Origin: a virus
DNA length: 64,000 nucleotides
Virus record (IMG/VR): IMGVR_UViG_3300040959_000769
Coordinates: 1-64,000 of that record
Reading direction: 5' to 3' (one strand)
Shown: positions 45,237 to 53,623 of the stretch, one piece after another
Layout: every line of letters begins with the position of its first letter
Position numbering within the stretch: the first letter of the stretch is position 1
The notes under the pieces: model-generated
What the model saw: only the letters and a program-made list of their open reading frames with translations
Databases searched by the model: none
Told to the model about the DNA's origin: nothing
Program-made: the position numbers and the translations under genes

Positions 45237-46021
45237 GGGGTGTTGCTTTCTGTGGGGAGTGTTGCGATTTGTGTGTTCCGGATGTATGTGTTGAGGAAGG
45301 TTTGGGCGAAGTGGATTTGGTCGTGTAGTCCGCCGTGTTGGTTGTCGTAACTGTTGTTCCACCATTGTTGTTGGTGTTTGTTTTGGGGTGTGTGTCCGCA
45401 TTGTGTGCTGATTGGGGTGTATCCGGGGTATTGGAGTTTGGTGAGTGTGTTGTGTGTGGGTTTCCACCAAGTGCTGTGTGTGAATTTGATGTTGTTGTGT
45501 TGTGTGTGGTGGTGGAGGTTGTCGAGTGCGGTGAGGTTGGTGTGTGTGGCTAGGGCTGTGTTGATTGGGATGGTTTTGCCGTTGTGTGCGGTGATGCGGG
45601 CTTTTTTGCCTCCCCAGTCGGTGTAGTCGTTGCTTTTGTGTTGCCAGTTGAGTTGGTGGTCGTTGTTCGGGTTGAGGTTTTGGTTGGATTTAAATCGGAT
45701 GCGGCGTAGGTCTGGGGTGAGGAGGTATACCTGTGTGGGGTTGCCGTATTCGGTGACGAACCGTATGTAGTTGCTCCATAGCCAGTTGAGTCCGACTCCT
45801 GTTGCTGAGATGACTGCAATGTTTTGCTGCGTGAGGTGTTCAATGATGTTTGGCCATATGTATCCGGATGGCAGGATTTGGGTTGATGTGAAGGAGCAGC
45901 CGAGTGCTATCGCATCATGGTTGTGATGTATGAATGCCGATTTGAAGCCGTCATGGATGGTTTCGTCGTCGTGGTCGGTTTCGTCAAACCCGTTGTTGTA
46001 CTGGGGTGAATACTGTTCCAT
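45233..46021 (-). CDS. SGNH hydrolase-like protein
   Basis: ALGCSFT..WP block; terminal HGGLHDQ. Confidence 0.6.
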   Translation of the reverse strand: MEQYSPQYNNGFDETDHDDETIHDGFKSAFIHHNHDAIALGCSFTSTQILPSGYIWPNIIEHLTQQNIAVISATGVGLNWLWSNYIRFVTEYGNPTQVYLLTPDLRRIRFKSNQNLNPNNDHQLNWQHKSNDYTDWGGKKARITAHNGKTIPINTALATHTNLTALDNLHHHTQHNNIKFTHSTWWKPTHNTLTKLQYPGYTPISTQCGHTPQNKHQQQWWNNSYDNQHGGLHDQIHFAQTFLNTYIRNTQIATLPTESNTP

Positions 46022-46030
46022 CGTTTAGAT

Positions 46031-47257
46031 TTACAGAAGAGTGAGATCTGTCCATCCGTCGGCGTCTACCACCATGGTGAGCGTCCCTGCTCTTGTTGAA
46101 ACCCCATAGGAGTCTTGGAAGTATTCGCCTACTGGAACAATTGATGGCGCGACGATGACGGTACGCCCTTGCTGCTCTTTGATGTTCAAGTGATGGAAGT
46201 GCCCTGTCACCAAGATGTTGGCATCAGCAACGCCTTCATGGGCTCTACCCATTGCCTGCTTTTCCCACCAGTTCCAAATCGCTTGACCGGCGTTACCTGT
46301 TGGTTTTGCCAGGTGTCCGTGTGTGAACGCGATGATTTGCCCGTGCAGGTTGATCGATACCGACAGTTTCTCTAACGGCAACCGGAACCCAACATGACCA
46401 AATGCGTCTGGATTTACCTGAAACACTTCTGCGATCTGCTCAAAGATCGCCACATCGTCATTATCCCCCGTAGTGGTAAACGCTTTACCGTTCAAACCCC
46501 TGTTCTCACCGTGGTTTCCACCTACGGCGGTGACTGTCATCTGGTTGCAGTGTGGAGCCGTGGAAACAATGATGTCTCTGATTGCGCGCCGCACAAGCTT
46601 TACCTGCTCACGACGGTCAAGTTCAATGCGGTATTGCTGCGCTGGATAATGCCCGCAGGTGCCTTCCACCAGGTCTCCGAGACCGGCGATCAACACGTGA
46701 TCAATCTTGCGTCCTGCGCGTCGAAGATCGGCAAGTCGTTGAGGGATGCTTTCGGGCAGTTCAGCAATCTTTTGTATTTGCTTTTCTACTCCACCCCCGT
46801 CTCTGTTGCCTGTTTGCCAGTCTGACAGAGCAACGACAAAAGTTGAGTCCCCTCCAGAAGCCTTTTTTGCCCCTCTTTTGACCTTCCTGACGGACTGATA
46901 TAACCCGGCTAAATCGGGCTGATTTTCGGACTTGAGTCGTATCTCCGCACGGTACGAATAACAGATGGTGCTATACGTCTCCCCGGACTCGTCTTTCTTC
47001 CATCCGTCAAACGATGTCCACTTGATGGAATCCCCAATGATTTCGTACTTTTCGGGGTCTAAACCACGTTCTCTAAGGAGGTCCGACCAGTCGTTTGGTG
47101 CGGTTTCAAGGCTTCCAGTGGTGATGGAGCCGCGTCCGGTGGATCCATCGTAGGTAACTCCAGGTTCCCATCCGGCTGGTGCCTTCTTGGCACGTATATC
47201 ATCCTCGTGTGCGGCTTGTCCTTCAACCGCTGCAAGACGTTTTGAAAGTTCACTCAT
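46031..47257 (-). CDS. Metallophosphoesterase (calcineurin-like, possibly nuclease)
   Basis: LSDWQ, GLGDLVEG, GGNHGE, FTHGH, GHFHH. Confidence 0.85.
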   Translation of the reverse strand: MSELSKRLAAVEGQAAHEDDIRAKKAPAGWEPGVTYDGSTGRGSITTGSLETAPNDWSDLLRERGLDPEKYEIIGDSIKWTSFDGWKKDESGETYSTICYSYRAEIRLKSENQPDLAGLYQSVRKVKRGAKKASGGDSTFVVALSDWQTGNRDGGGVEKQIQKIAELPESIPQRLADLRRAGRKIDHVLIAGLGDLVEGTCGHYPAQQYRIELDRREQVKLVRRAIRDIIVSTAPHCNQMTVTAVGGNHGENRGLNGKAFTTTGDNDDVAIFEQIAEVFQVNPDAFGHVGFRLPLEKLSVSINLHGQIIAFTHGHLAKPTGNAGQAIWNWWEKQAMGRAHEGVADANILVTGHFHHLNIKEQQGRTVIVAPSIVPVGEYFQDSYGVSTRAGTLTMVVDADGWTDLTLL

Positions 47258-47511
47258 TCTGATTTCCCTTCTTCAAAAAAGCATTGGCATCGCTTCTTGC
47301 GATGAAGGGTGATTGATGCGCGATCAATCGAGTGGTTCGCACCCCTAAGTGCTTGATGAATGGATCTGGTAGATGCGTTGCTTTGGAGCACTGCTGACAG
47401 TGCGTTCCTGTCTTCATCGTCAAGCGAACTGAAAACTCTTACAACTGGACACGCCCCAATTAGGGACGATTGGTCTGTGATATTTGATAGTGTCTCTGAC
47501 AACTCGCTCAT
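47254..47511 (-). CDS. Small HTH-like protein with HR..CxC end
   Basis: CPV...LDDEDRNAL...LHRKKRCQC; typical neighbour of actinophage phosphoesterases. Confidence 0.65.
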   Translation of the reverse strand: MSELSETLSNITDQSSLIGACPVVRVFSSLDDEDRNALSAVLQSNASTRSIHQALRGANHSIDRASITLHRKKRCQCFFEEGKSE

Positions 47512-47597
47512 ATCATGTCCTCCCTTGGTTGACCACTGGACGCGCTGTGGACGAACATGTGTACGATTGTACATCATTAGTTAAGCCGAGGTAACAG

Positions 47598-48014
47598 ATG
47601 CCACTAAGCGAAGATCACCCTATTGCAAATGAACTTGAAACAATTGTTGCTCGGCACATAAGTGACGGTGACAAAGCAGGAAAAATCGCAGACGAAGTAT
47701 TGAAACTTTTAGACAGAGAGAAGTTGCTGTACTACTCGGATCCAGGACGGGTGCCAGTGATGAACAGTAACGGTCGAGTGCTACTTGCAATACTTGAAGA
47801 CCCAGGCATCACACAACGAGCACTGGCGGTCTACTTGAGAATGTCAGAGTCCGCTGTCCAGAAATGTGTACGAGCTCTGCTCAAAGACGGTGTGATCGTC
47901 AAAAAGATGAAAGGCAAACGGAACCATTACGAGTTCAACAAGCAGAAAGGGATGTCACACCCTGACGTCAGTCGTCTGCTGGGGACTCTTCTTCCGCTGC
48001 TGTCTGGGTCATAA
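47598..48014 (+). CDS. MarR-like winged-helix protein
   Basis: ILEDPGITQRALAVYLRMSESAVQKCVRALLKDG...GKRNHY. Confidence 0.8.
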   Translation: MPLSEDHPIANELETIVARHISDGDKAGKIADEVLKLLDREKLLYYSDPGRVPVMNSNGRVLLAILEDPGITQRALAVYLRMSESAVQKCVRALLKDGVIVKKMKGKRNHYEFNKQKGMSHPDVSRLLGTLLPLLSGS

Positions 48015-48324
48015 GCCAAGCAGAGAACGCCTCGTCAGCGATTGGGATTACCCACACTTGGCACAGATCCGGGTCGTCAGTGTCGCCACTTACCATCCAT
48101 GCGATCTCCATGTCTGATGAAACTTCAGAGACACCTACGTTGCAGTCCAACCCGTAACGGTCAAGGAACCATTCAACGATGCAGTCAAACTTGCCAACCT
48201 GACATTCTCTTCCCTCTTCCCCTCGGCACGTAACTACTTGGATTGAGAGTTCGTTGCGGTTGAGTTGCATGTACATGCGATGACCGTCGCTATGCCACAC
48301 GCTTTCGGAGGAAATGTCAATCAT
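47968..48324 (-). CDS. Hypothetical acidic protein
   Basis: 118-aa ORF. Confidence 0.6.
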   Translation of the reverse strand: MIDISSESVWHSDGHRMYMQLNRNELSIQVVTCRGEEGRECQVGKFDCIVEWFLDRYGLDCNVGVSEVSSDMEIAWMVSGDTDDPDLCQVWVIPIADEAFSAWLMTQTAAEEESPADD

Positions 48325-48437
48325 TTGGATAAATCCTAAAAATAGGGTTCGGCTTCTTTAAATCCCCCGGTATCCATATACATTATCTCACATCACTATT
48401 GCGCATGAGGAACCCTCGCCTGTTCTAAGATAGGTTC

Positions 48438-48557
48438 ATGGAAGACCCTGTAGAGAAGGTTGAAACAGACGACAAGCTTGACTTGTACTGCATTGAGTGC
48501 GGAATGTTGCTGGCTCGAAGCGACGAGCGATGCCACCAATGTGGAGCGTTTCAGTAA
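48438..48557 (+). CDS. 39-aa Zn-ribbon microprotein
   Basis: Hand-translated MEDPVEKVETDDKLDLYCIECGMLLARSDERCHQCGAFQ. Confidence 0.5.
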   Translation: MEDPVEKVETDDKLDLYCIECGMLLARSDERCHQCGAFQ

Positions 48558-48564
48558 GACGCCT

Positions 48565-49335
48565 CTAGTTTCTCTCTGTACCGCCAAACATCAAAAAACT
48601 TTCCTCAGGTAAAAACATTTTACCTATCTCAAAATACGCATCAAGTGTGTATTTCGTAGCGTAGTGACCAACGAAAACGTAGCGTTCGCCGCTAATCACT
48701 GGCTTTATGCCATGTTTGTACATTTCTGACGATGGCCAGCCGTACACCTCGCCTGCTTCTTGATCAATAACTAACGTCGGGTTGCTGTCAGGGGCTCCGT
48801 TAGCACAAAAGTAAATCTCGCCACCGTCAAAATCTTCGTTCAGTAGCAGCGAGCAACTTGAATCAAGAAGGAAAAGCGGGAAGGGTCGATTTCTAAAGAA
48901 GCCCCCAATATTTTCTAGTTGGTCGTTACTGAACCAACGTGAAACGATAGGTTGATCTGAATGTTGATTCATAAACGAACCAACTGGGTACTTTTTGATT
49001 GAGAACGACAAGCAGTGCATTTGATGTCCCCTGCTTTCCGTCATGAACTTTTCAGTTGGCTCAACTAGCTCATCCAGAATGAATTTCGCTGATGGATCGT
49101 CAACACCTAAGCCAGCCAGATGTGCCATAGGATCCCCAACTCGCAAACCGGATATGGGAAGCCAAGGCGACAAAACACTCATATTGAGTGTTCCACATTT
49201 CTGGTCAAAGGTGCGGTGGAGGGGAGAACTCTCACCAAGATCAGCGTTTTCAAATAGTTCAATAGCGTTTAGACACGTATCTTCAGATATGAGATTTTTT
49301 CTGGAAGCGAGTAAAGGAAATTCAGAACCGCTCAT
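48565..49335 (-). CDS. 2OG-Fe(II) oxygenase (prolyl-hydroxylase-like)
   Basis: HSD, LLNEDFDGGEIYF, HGIKPVISGERY. Confidence 0.85.
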   Translation of the reverse strand: MSGSEFPLLASRKNLISEDTCLNAIELFENADLGESSPLHRTFDQKCGTLNMSVLSPWLPISGLRVGDPMAHLAGLGVDDPSAKFILDELVEPTEKFMTESRGHQMHCLSFSIKKYPVGSFMNQHSDQPIVSRWFSNDQLENIGGFFRNRPFPLFLLDSSCSLLLNEDFDGGEIYFCANGAPDSNPTLVIDQEAGEVYGWPSSEMYKHGIKPVISGERYVFVGHYATKYTLDAYFEIGKMFLPEESFLMFGGTERN

Positions 49336-49349
49336 TCAGAAATAGTAAC

Positions 49350-49619
49350 TTAACTAGATTGCTTCGGAGGGCGTCCTCGCTTCTTCGGAGCAGGAGCCGC
49401 CTGATTCATATGCCACTCAATGTGGTCATCAACACGCTCACTAACCCGCCTGACGTCTGTCTTGACGTCTTCAACATCTCCGTGGATGTCTTTAAGGATG
49501 TCTCTCACCATTCCATGGTCGCGGTTGTTGTCTCTGCGTAGTTTCTCAATGAGGACTGTAAGTAATGTCCCAAGTCCGACTGCAACCGCTGCTACTGCTT
49601 CGCCCATGGAAATGTCCAT
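49350..49619 (-). CDS. Small membrane protein with coiled coil (lysis-module type)
   Basis: N-terminal TM then DNNRDH...VDDHIEWH. Confidence 0.7.
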   Translation of the reverse strand: MDISMGEAVAAVAVGLGTLLTVLIEKLRRDNNRDHGMVRDILKDIHGDVEDVKTDVRRVSERVDDHIEWHMNQAAPAPKKRGRPPKQSS

Positions 49620-49718
49620 GATCTTCCCTCTTCATCTAGAGATCTAGTGAGAGGGAACTTTTCCCTCGGTTACATTTTACAACAACTGCTTACACGTTTT
49701 AGTAAACGTTGACAGTTT

Positions 49719-50063
49719 TCACATTGATTTAGGCAACAAAAGACCTGCATCAACCAAGGAATCATTTAGGCATGAAGTCATCTTTATGTCACTGAAAAGA
49801 TAGCCGTAGAAAATTTCAGGTTCGCCTGATGACAGAACTGTCCCCACATAAACGACTGTATGTCCAGCAAACCAGTCATAGATGTAGTCGATCGCAGTTT
49901 GCCAACCAGGGGCATCGCTCATGGGGCTCGGTTCAGCCGGAGCCTCAACACCATGTAAATGCAAGCGTATCCGAGTAGATACACCAAACCCCAACTCAAT
50001 AAGAAGATCAATGGTCGTTGAGTCAACAATCTTGACAAGTTTGGCTTCATGGAGTGTCCTCAT
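49719..50063 (-). CDS. Degenerate thermonuclease (SNase)-like protein
   Basis: KIVDSTTIDLLIELGFG..RIRLHLHGVEAP versus canonical VDGDT..DLGF..RL.GIDTPE. Confidence 0.55.
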   Translation of the reverse strand: MRTLHEAKLVKIVDSTTIDLLIELGFGVSTRIRLHLHGVEAPAEPSPMSDAPGWQTAIDYIYDWFAGHTVVYVGTVLSSGEPEIFYGYLFSDIKMTSCLNDSLVDAGLLLPKSM

Positions 50064-50363
50064 AACCTTCCCCGATTATTGTTGAATCTCCACAGAGATG
50101 TCAATAGCGGAAACTATTTGTCCCACTCTTTAGCAGTAGGTTCAGGCTTGCGCTTGGCAGGCACAGTTTTTGCTCTCAAAACGTTTTTGTCTGAGAACCT
50201 TTGGCGGTCTTCTTTTGACCATTTTGATTTAGTAGATGACGACATGATGGGATCCTTAGTTATTGAAAAAACTATTCAGTATTAAACCAGCCATCAAGAT
50301 ACCAGACATGAAAGAAATTATTGTGGCTACCCACAAGATTATCTTCATTAATGACTTCAAAGT

Positions 50364-50597
50364 TCAGTCGTCATCCTTCTTGGAACCCTTGGCACCGAAG
50401 TATCCACCGATGATACCGATGACACCGCCAAGAGCAGTCTGGACAAGCGTCATCACGTCAGAAGAAACTTCAACAGCCTCGCCAGTTGTTCGAGTCTCAA
50501 TAGCAGCAACGAGATAGTCGCCGACAATGGCAACGAGGATTGCTGCCATGACACCGACGGCAAGCACGTACATGGTTCTTTCTTTCATGTCTTTCAT
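50364..50597 (-). CDS. Two-TM membrane protein (holin-like)
   Basis: Two hydrophobic helices, GGVIGIIGGYFG, charged tail. Confidence 0.65.
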   Translation of the reverse strand: MKDMKERTMYVLAVGVMAAILVAIVGDYLVAAIETRTTGEAVEVSSDVMTLVQTALGGVIGIIGGYFGAKGSKKDDD

Positions 50598-52039
50598 TTC
50601 GATGCAGCTTTTCTGCGGATTGAGGAGATCCCGATAGTCAGAATCCCGGCGTTGATCATGATTACTGCAAGTATCAATCTGCTATTGGTTGAGCCACCTG
50701 TGACCGGAAGGACGCCGTGATCATGGCTTGAATGATCATGTTCTGTCGTCGTTGTAACAACTTCGGTTGTGGTGGGAGACTCGGTAGTCGCAGGCGCTGG
50801 TGCTGGAGCTTCAGTCGTTTCAGGAACTGGCGCTTCAGTAGTGGTTGGCGCTTCAGTAGTGGTTGGCGCTGCGGTCGTGGTAGGCGCTTGAGTCGTAGTC
50901 GGTGCTGCAGTAGTAGTTGGCGCTGCGGTCGTCGTAGGAGCCTCAGTGGTCGTAGTCGGAGGATTCCATGAAACAGTCGCGGAAACGGTCTTCTCAACAC
51001 CATTAACTGTTGCGGTCGCCGTGTAGACAGCAGTACCTTCGCTCTCAGTTCTCACCGTGATTGTGGCAACACCACTAGCGTCGGTGGTAGCCGTGAGCAC
51101 TTCGCCAGCATCTGGACCAGAACTAACCGTCACGGTAACTTCCACACCTTCCTGCGGCGTGCCATCAAGTGTTTGGGCTACCGCAGTGATAATGAGATCT
51201 TCCCCGGCATTCGGGTTCTCTGGGGAAATCGTCAAAGTGAAAGAACTTGGCAGTGAAACTTCGCCACCGCCGATGGACACTGCCACGATGCTTGATGATC
51301 CAGTTGGGTATTCCCATTCTGCAAGTGTCCTCAAACCACCAAGATCTCCGGTGAAGTATCCGTGCCAACAGGCGACAACGTCAGCGTTAGTCAAACCGAA
51401 ATCAGTAGTGCCATCAGCGGTAGCGTCTGGACCACCATTACACCCACCATCGTTGAATACAGCGTCAGGCAACAGGGCGGTAAGCCACCCGAAGGTGTTG
51501 TAGTTAGCAAACAAACCACCACCAGAGTTCACATAGTCAGCAATCTTCTCGGCGTTATCAGTGAACTTGCCGCTGATAGCCCCACTACGTCCCCAGTCGT
51601 CAGGAATCCAGATAACACGCGGCGGATCAGAAACAATGTTCGTCCCAAAGAATGTGTCAATTTCTGCTTCCGTATTGAAGAACTCGACTTCAGGGGCAGT
51701 ATCAAAAGATGAAAGGAAGATAGGAATCTGGGTGTCCCAGTCGCTACCGCACCCACCGACCGACGAACCAACACCCAGAATCGCAATTTTTCCGTTGTTG
51801 CCCGGCATCAAAGACTGCGAGTAAACACTGTCCAACACCTTGGCAATATAGTTTTCTGTTCCCTCTCCATACACGGCGTGACACGCAGGGTCCATGCCGT
51901 CCAAAACCATAGGTCCGCCACCGCTACCGGAGGCAAAAGCAGGCGTGCTAAACGATGGTGTCGGAACGACACTTAGGCATCCAATAGCAATTAGAGCAAC
52001 GCCAATGACATTCGCAACATTTCTCCGAACGAAACCCAT
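50594..52039 (-). CDS. Secreted surface protein with Ig-like (Big_1-type) domain, APTTT repeats and LPxTG sorting signal
   Basis: Signal peptide; GVEVTVTV..TTDASGVATIT; APTTT(E/A/Q) repeats; LPVTG + hydrophobic + RRK. Confidence 0.75.
   Translation of the reverse strand: MGFVRRNVANVIGVALIAIGCLSVVPTPSFSTPAFASGSGGGPMVLDGMDPACHAVYGEGTENYIAKVLDSVYSQSLMPGNNGKIAILGVGSSVGGCGSDWDTQIPIFLSSFDTAPEVEFFNTEAEIDTFFGTNIVSDPPRVIWIPDDWGRSGAISGKFTDNAEKIADYVNSGGGLFANYNTFGWLTALLPDAVFNDGGCNGGPDATADGTTDFGLTNADVVACWHGYFTGDLGGLRTLAEWEYPTGSSSIVAVSIGGGEVSLPSSFTLTISPENPNAGEDLIITAVAQTLDGTPQEGVEVTVTVSSGPDAGEVLTATTDASGVATITVRTESEGTAVYTATATVNGVEKTVSATVSWNPPTTTTEAPTTTAAPTTTAAPTTTQAPTTTAAPTTTEAPTTTEAPVPETTEAPAPAPATTESPTTTEVVTTTTEHDHSSHDHGVLPVTGGSTNSRLILAVIMINAGILTIGISSIRRKAASK
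50770..50960 (-). repeat. Coding 18-bp tandem repeats (APTTTE-type)
   Basis: TGGCGCTTCAGTAGTGGT-like units on + strand. Confidence 0.75.
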
Positions 52040-52072
52040 TTTTTAAGCCCCCTATTGGCTTTGCTGATTTTT

Positions 52073-53107
52073 TCAGCCAAACATTGCTTTCCAAGTGCGA
52101 GGACCGACAACACCATCAGCCGGACCACACTGAGCACGGTTTTGACGCTGGAAACGACGAACTGCTTCCAATGTGCGAGGACCAAACTTTCCGTCGGTCG
52201 CAACACCCACACGATTCTGGATTTGCTCAACAACGGGTCCTGAAGAAAGACGCTTGACTGGCGAACCAGGATAAGGCAACAACTTTGCCTCGGAACCGTC
52301 ATCGCCACCATCATCCGGCACAACAACCTTGGCGGCAGGCTTTTTCGCTGGAGCCTTGGGAGCAGGGGCTGAACCGCCATCATGATCGCAACCCTCAGCG
52401 GCGTGACCGGCAGACCCTGGTCCCCAAATGCCATCAACATGGAGATCATGCGTTGACTGCCAAGCACGCACAGCCTCTTCGGTCTTTGAACCAAAGTCAC
52501 CGTCAGCCGTAGCGCCAACAATCTCTTGCATTTCCTTGACTTCGTCACCTTTTGAACCCTTGGTCAGCCACGGCTTTTTGCCTCGTGGAGCCTTCGGCGC
52601 AGGAGCAGAAGCAGACGCTTTCACCTCAACGGGGGCGTCACCAAGGAGTTCTTTGAATGCGTCAATGTAGAACTGGGCGTCATCGGCTTTTTCATTCGAT
52701 ATCTCGACGTGTACCCAATCTCCGTTAGGTGCGCCGCTGAACGCCTTTTTGTCATAGACCTGCCAAGCATCTCGGTCGCATTTGTATCCGCGACCCCAAG
52801 GCTTTGGGTAGTAGTCAAAGACTGCTTCAATGTGAAGTGCGTCGGCGTTCTCCACGAGGAAGTCCATCATTTTGCAAGCGTCTTCGTAGTTACCAGTTCC
52901 ACGGTATGGCTTACCTCGCCAAGAAAGGTCCGCCCCTCGACCCGTCGCATGGACGCTGTACGAGGATTTTCCTCTTTTCTTACGAACGCCAAAGCTTCCG
53001 TTATTCCAAAGCCCAAAATGTGCTTCAAGAAGGTCAATGAGTGCTTCCATTCCAGCACGCTTGCCTGAAGCGATTTCGTCAAATCCGGTGTACGGGCGCT
53101 TAGCCAT
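52073..53107 (-). CDS. Endolysin: M15-like Zn peptidase domain + two peptidoglycan-binding domains
   Basis: SVHATGRGADL (SxHxxGxAxD), DWVHVE; two DG.FG..T..AV..(W/F)Q..DG(I/V).GP repeats. Confidence 0.8.
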   Translation of the reverse strand: MAKRPYTGFDEIASGKRAGMEALIDLLEAHFGLWNNGSFGVRKKRGKSSYSVHATGRGADLSWRGKPYRGTGNYEDACKMMDFLVENADALHIEAVFDYYPKPWGRGYKCDRDAWQVYDKKAFSGAPNGDWVHVEISNEKADDAQFYIDAFKELLGDAPVEVKASASAPAPKAPRGKKPWLTKGSKGDEVKEMQEIVGATADGDFGSKTEEAVRAWQSTHDLHVDGIWGPGSAGHAAEGCDHDGGSAPAPKAPAKKPAAKVVVPDDGGDDGSEAKLLPYPGSPVKRLSSGPVVEQIQNRVGVATDGKFGPRTLEAVRRFQRQNRAQCGPADGVVGPRTWKAMFG

Positions 53108-53179
53108 TACAAACTCCTTGGTTGTGGATGCTTCTATTTTAGCATTGTGAAGTTATGTGCTGTGGCTGAATGCCTTTAT

Positions 53180-53428
53180 TCACTTAGTCATGACTGGAGC
53201 TGCGGAAAAAACCTCGTTGATCTCTTCCTGATCAAGTTGACCGTCACCGACATAAGCGCGAGCCAAGCCTTCAACGACTTTTGCGACACCCGTAACGCCT
53301 GCCATCACAGCAGCCTGCCAAACTTCTATGCCGACAAGAGTTCCTGTGCCGATCATTCCGAGGGCAGTCATTACGAAATATGCAAATATCCTTTTTGCAA
53401 TTCCCCACCACATGTCCATATCATTCAT
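53180..53428 (-). CDS. Holin-like protein
   Basis: Two TMs, next to the endolysin. Confidence 0.7.
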   Translation of the reverse strand: MNDMDMWWGIAKRIFAYFVMTALGMIGTGTLVGIEVWQAAVMAGVTGVAKVVEGLARAYVGDGQLDQEEINEVFSAAPVMTK

Positions 53429-53621
53429 CTCCTGAACTTGAAATAATTACCAGTAAATGGATCACCAAAGCAGAGATAGACATGTAAAGACCCCATTTGA
53501 GTGTGTCTCCACTCAAAGTGATCAAAACTAGACCCGTCCCAGCGAGTGTCCATGCAAGATCGCCCAACTCAAACCAAAGTTGAACAATCTTCTTTTTTAT
53601 TAGAGATAGTGCTTTCTTCAT
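53421..53621 (-). CDS. Small two-TM protein
   Basis: Hydrophobic; coupled to the upstream surface-protein gene. Confidence 0.65.
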   Translation of the reverse strand: MKKALSLIKKKIVQLWFELGDLAWTLAGTGLVLITLSGDTLKWGLYMSISALVIHLLVIISSSGDE

Positions 53622-53623
53622 TT

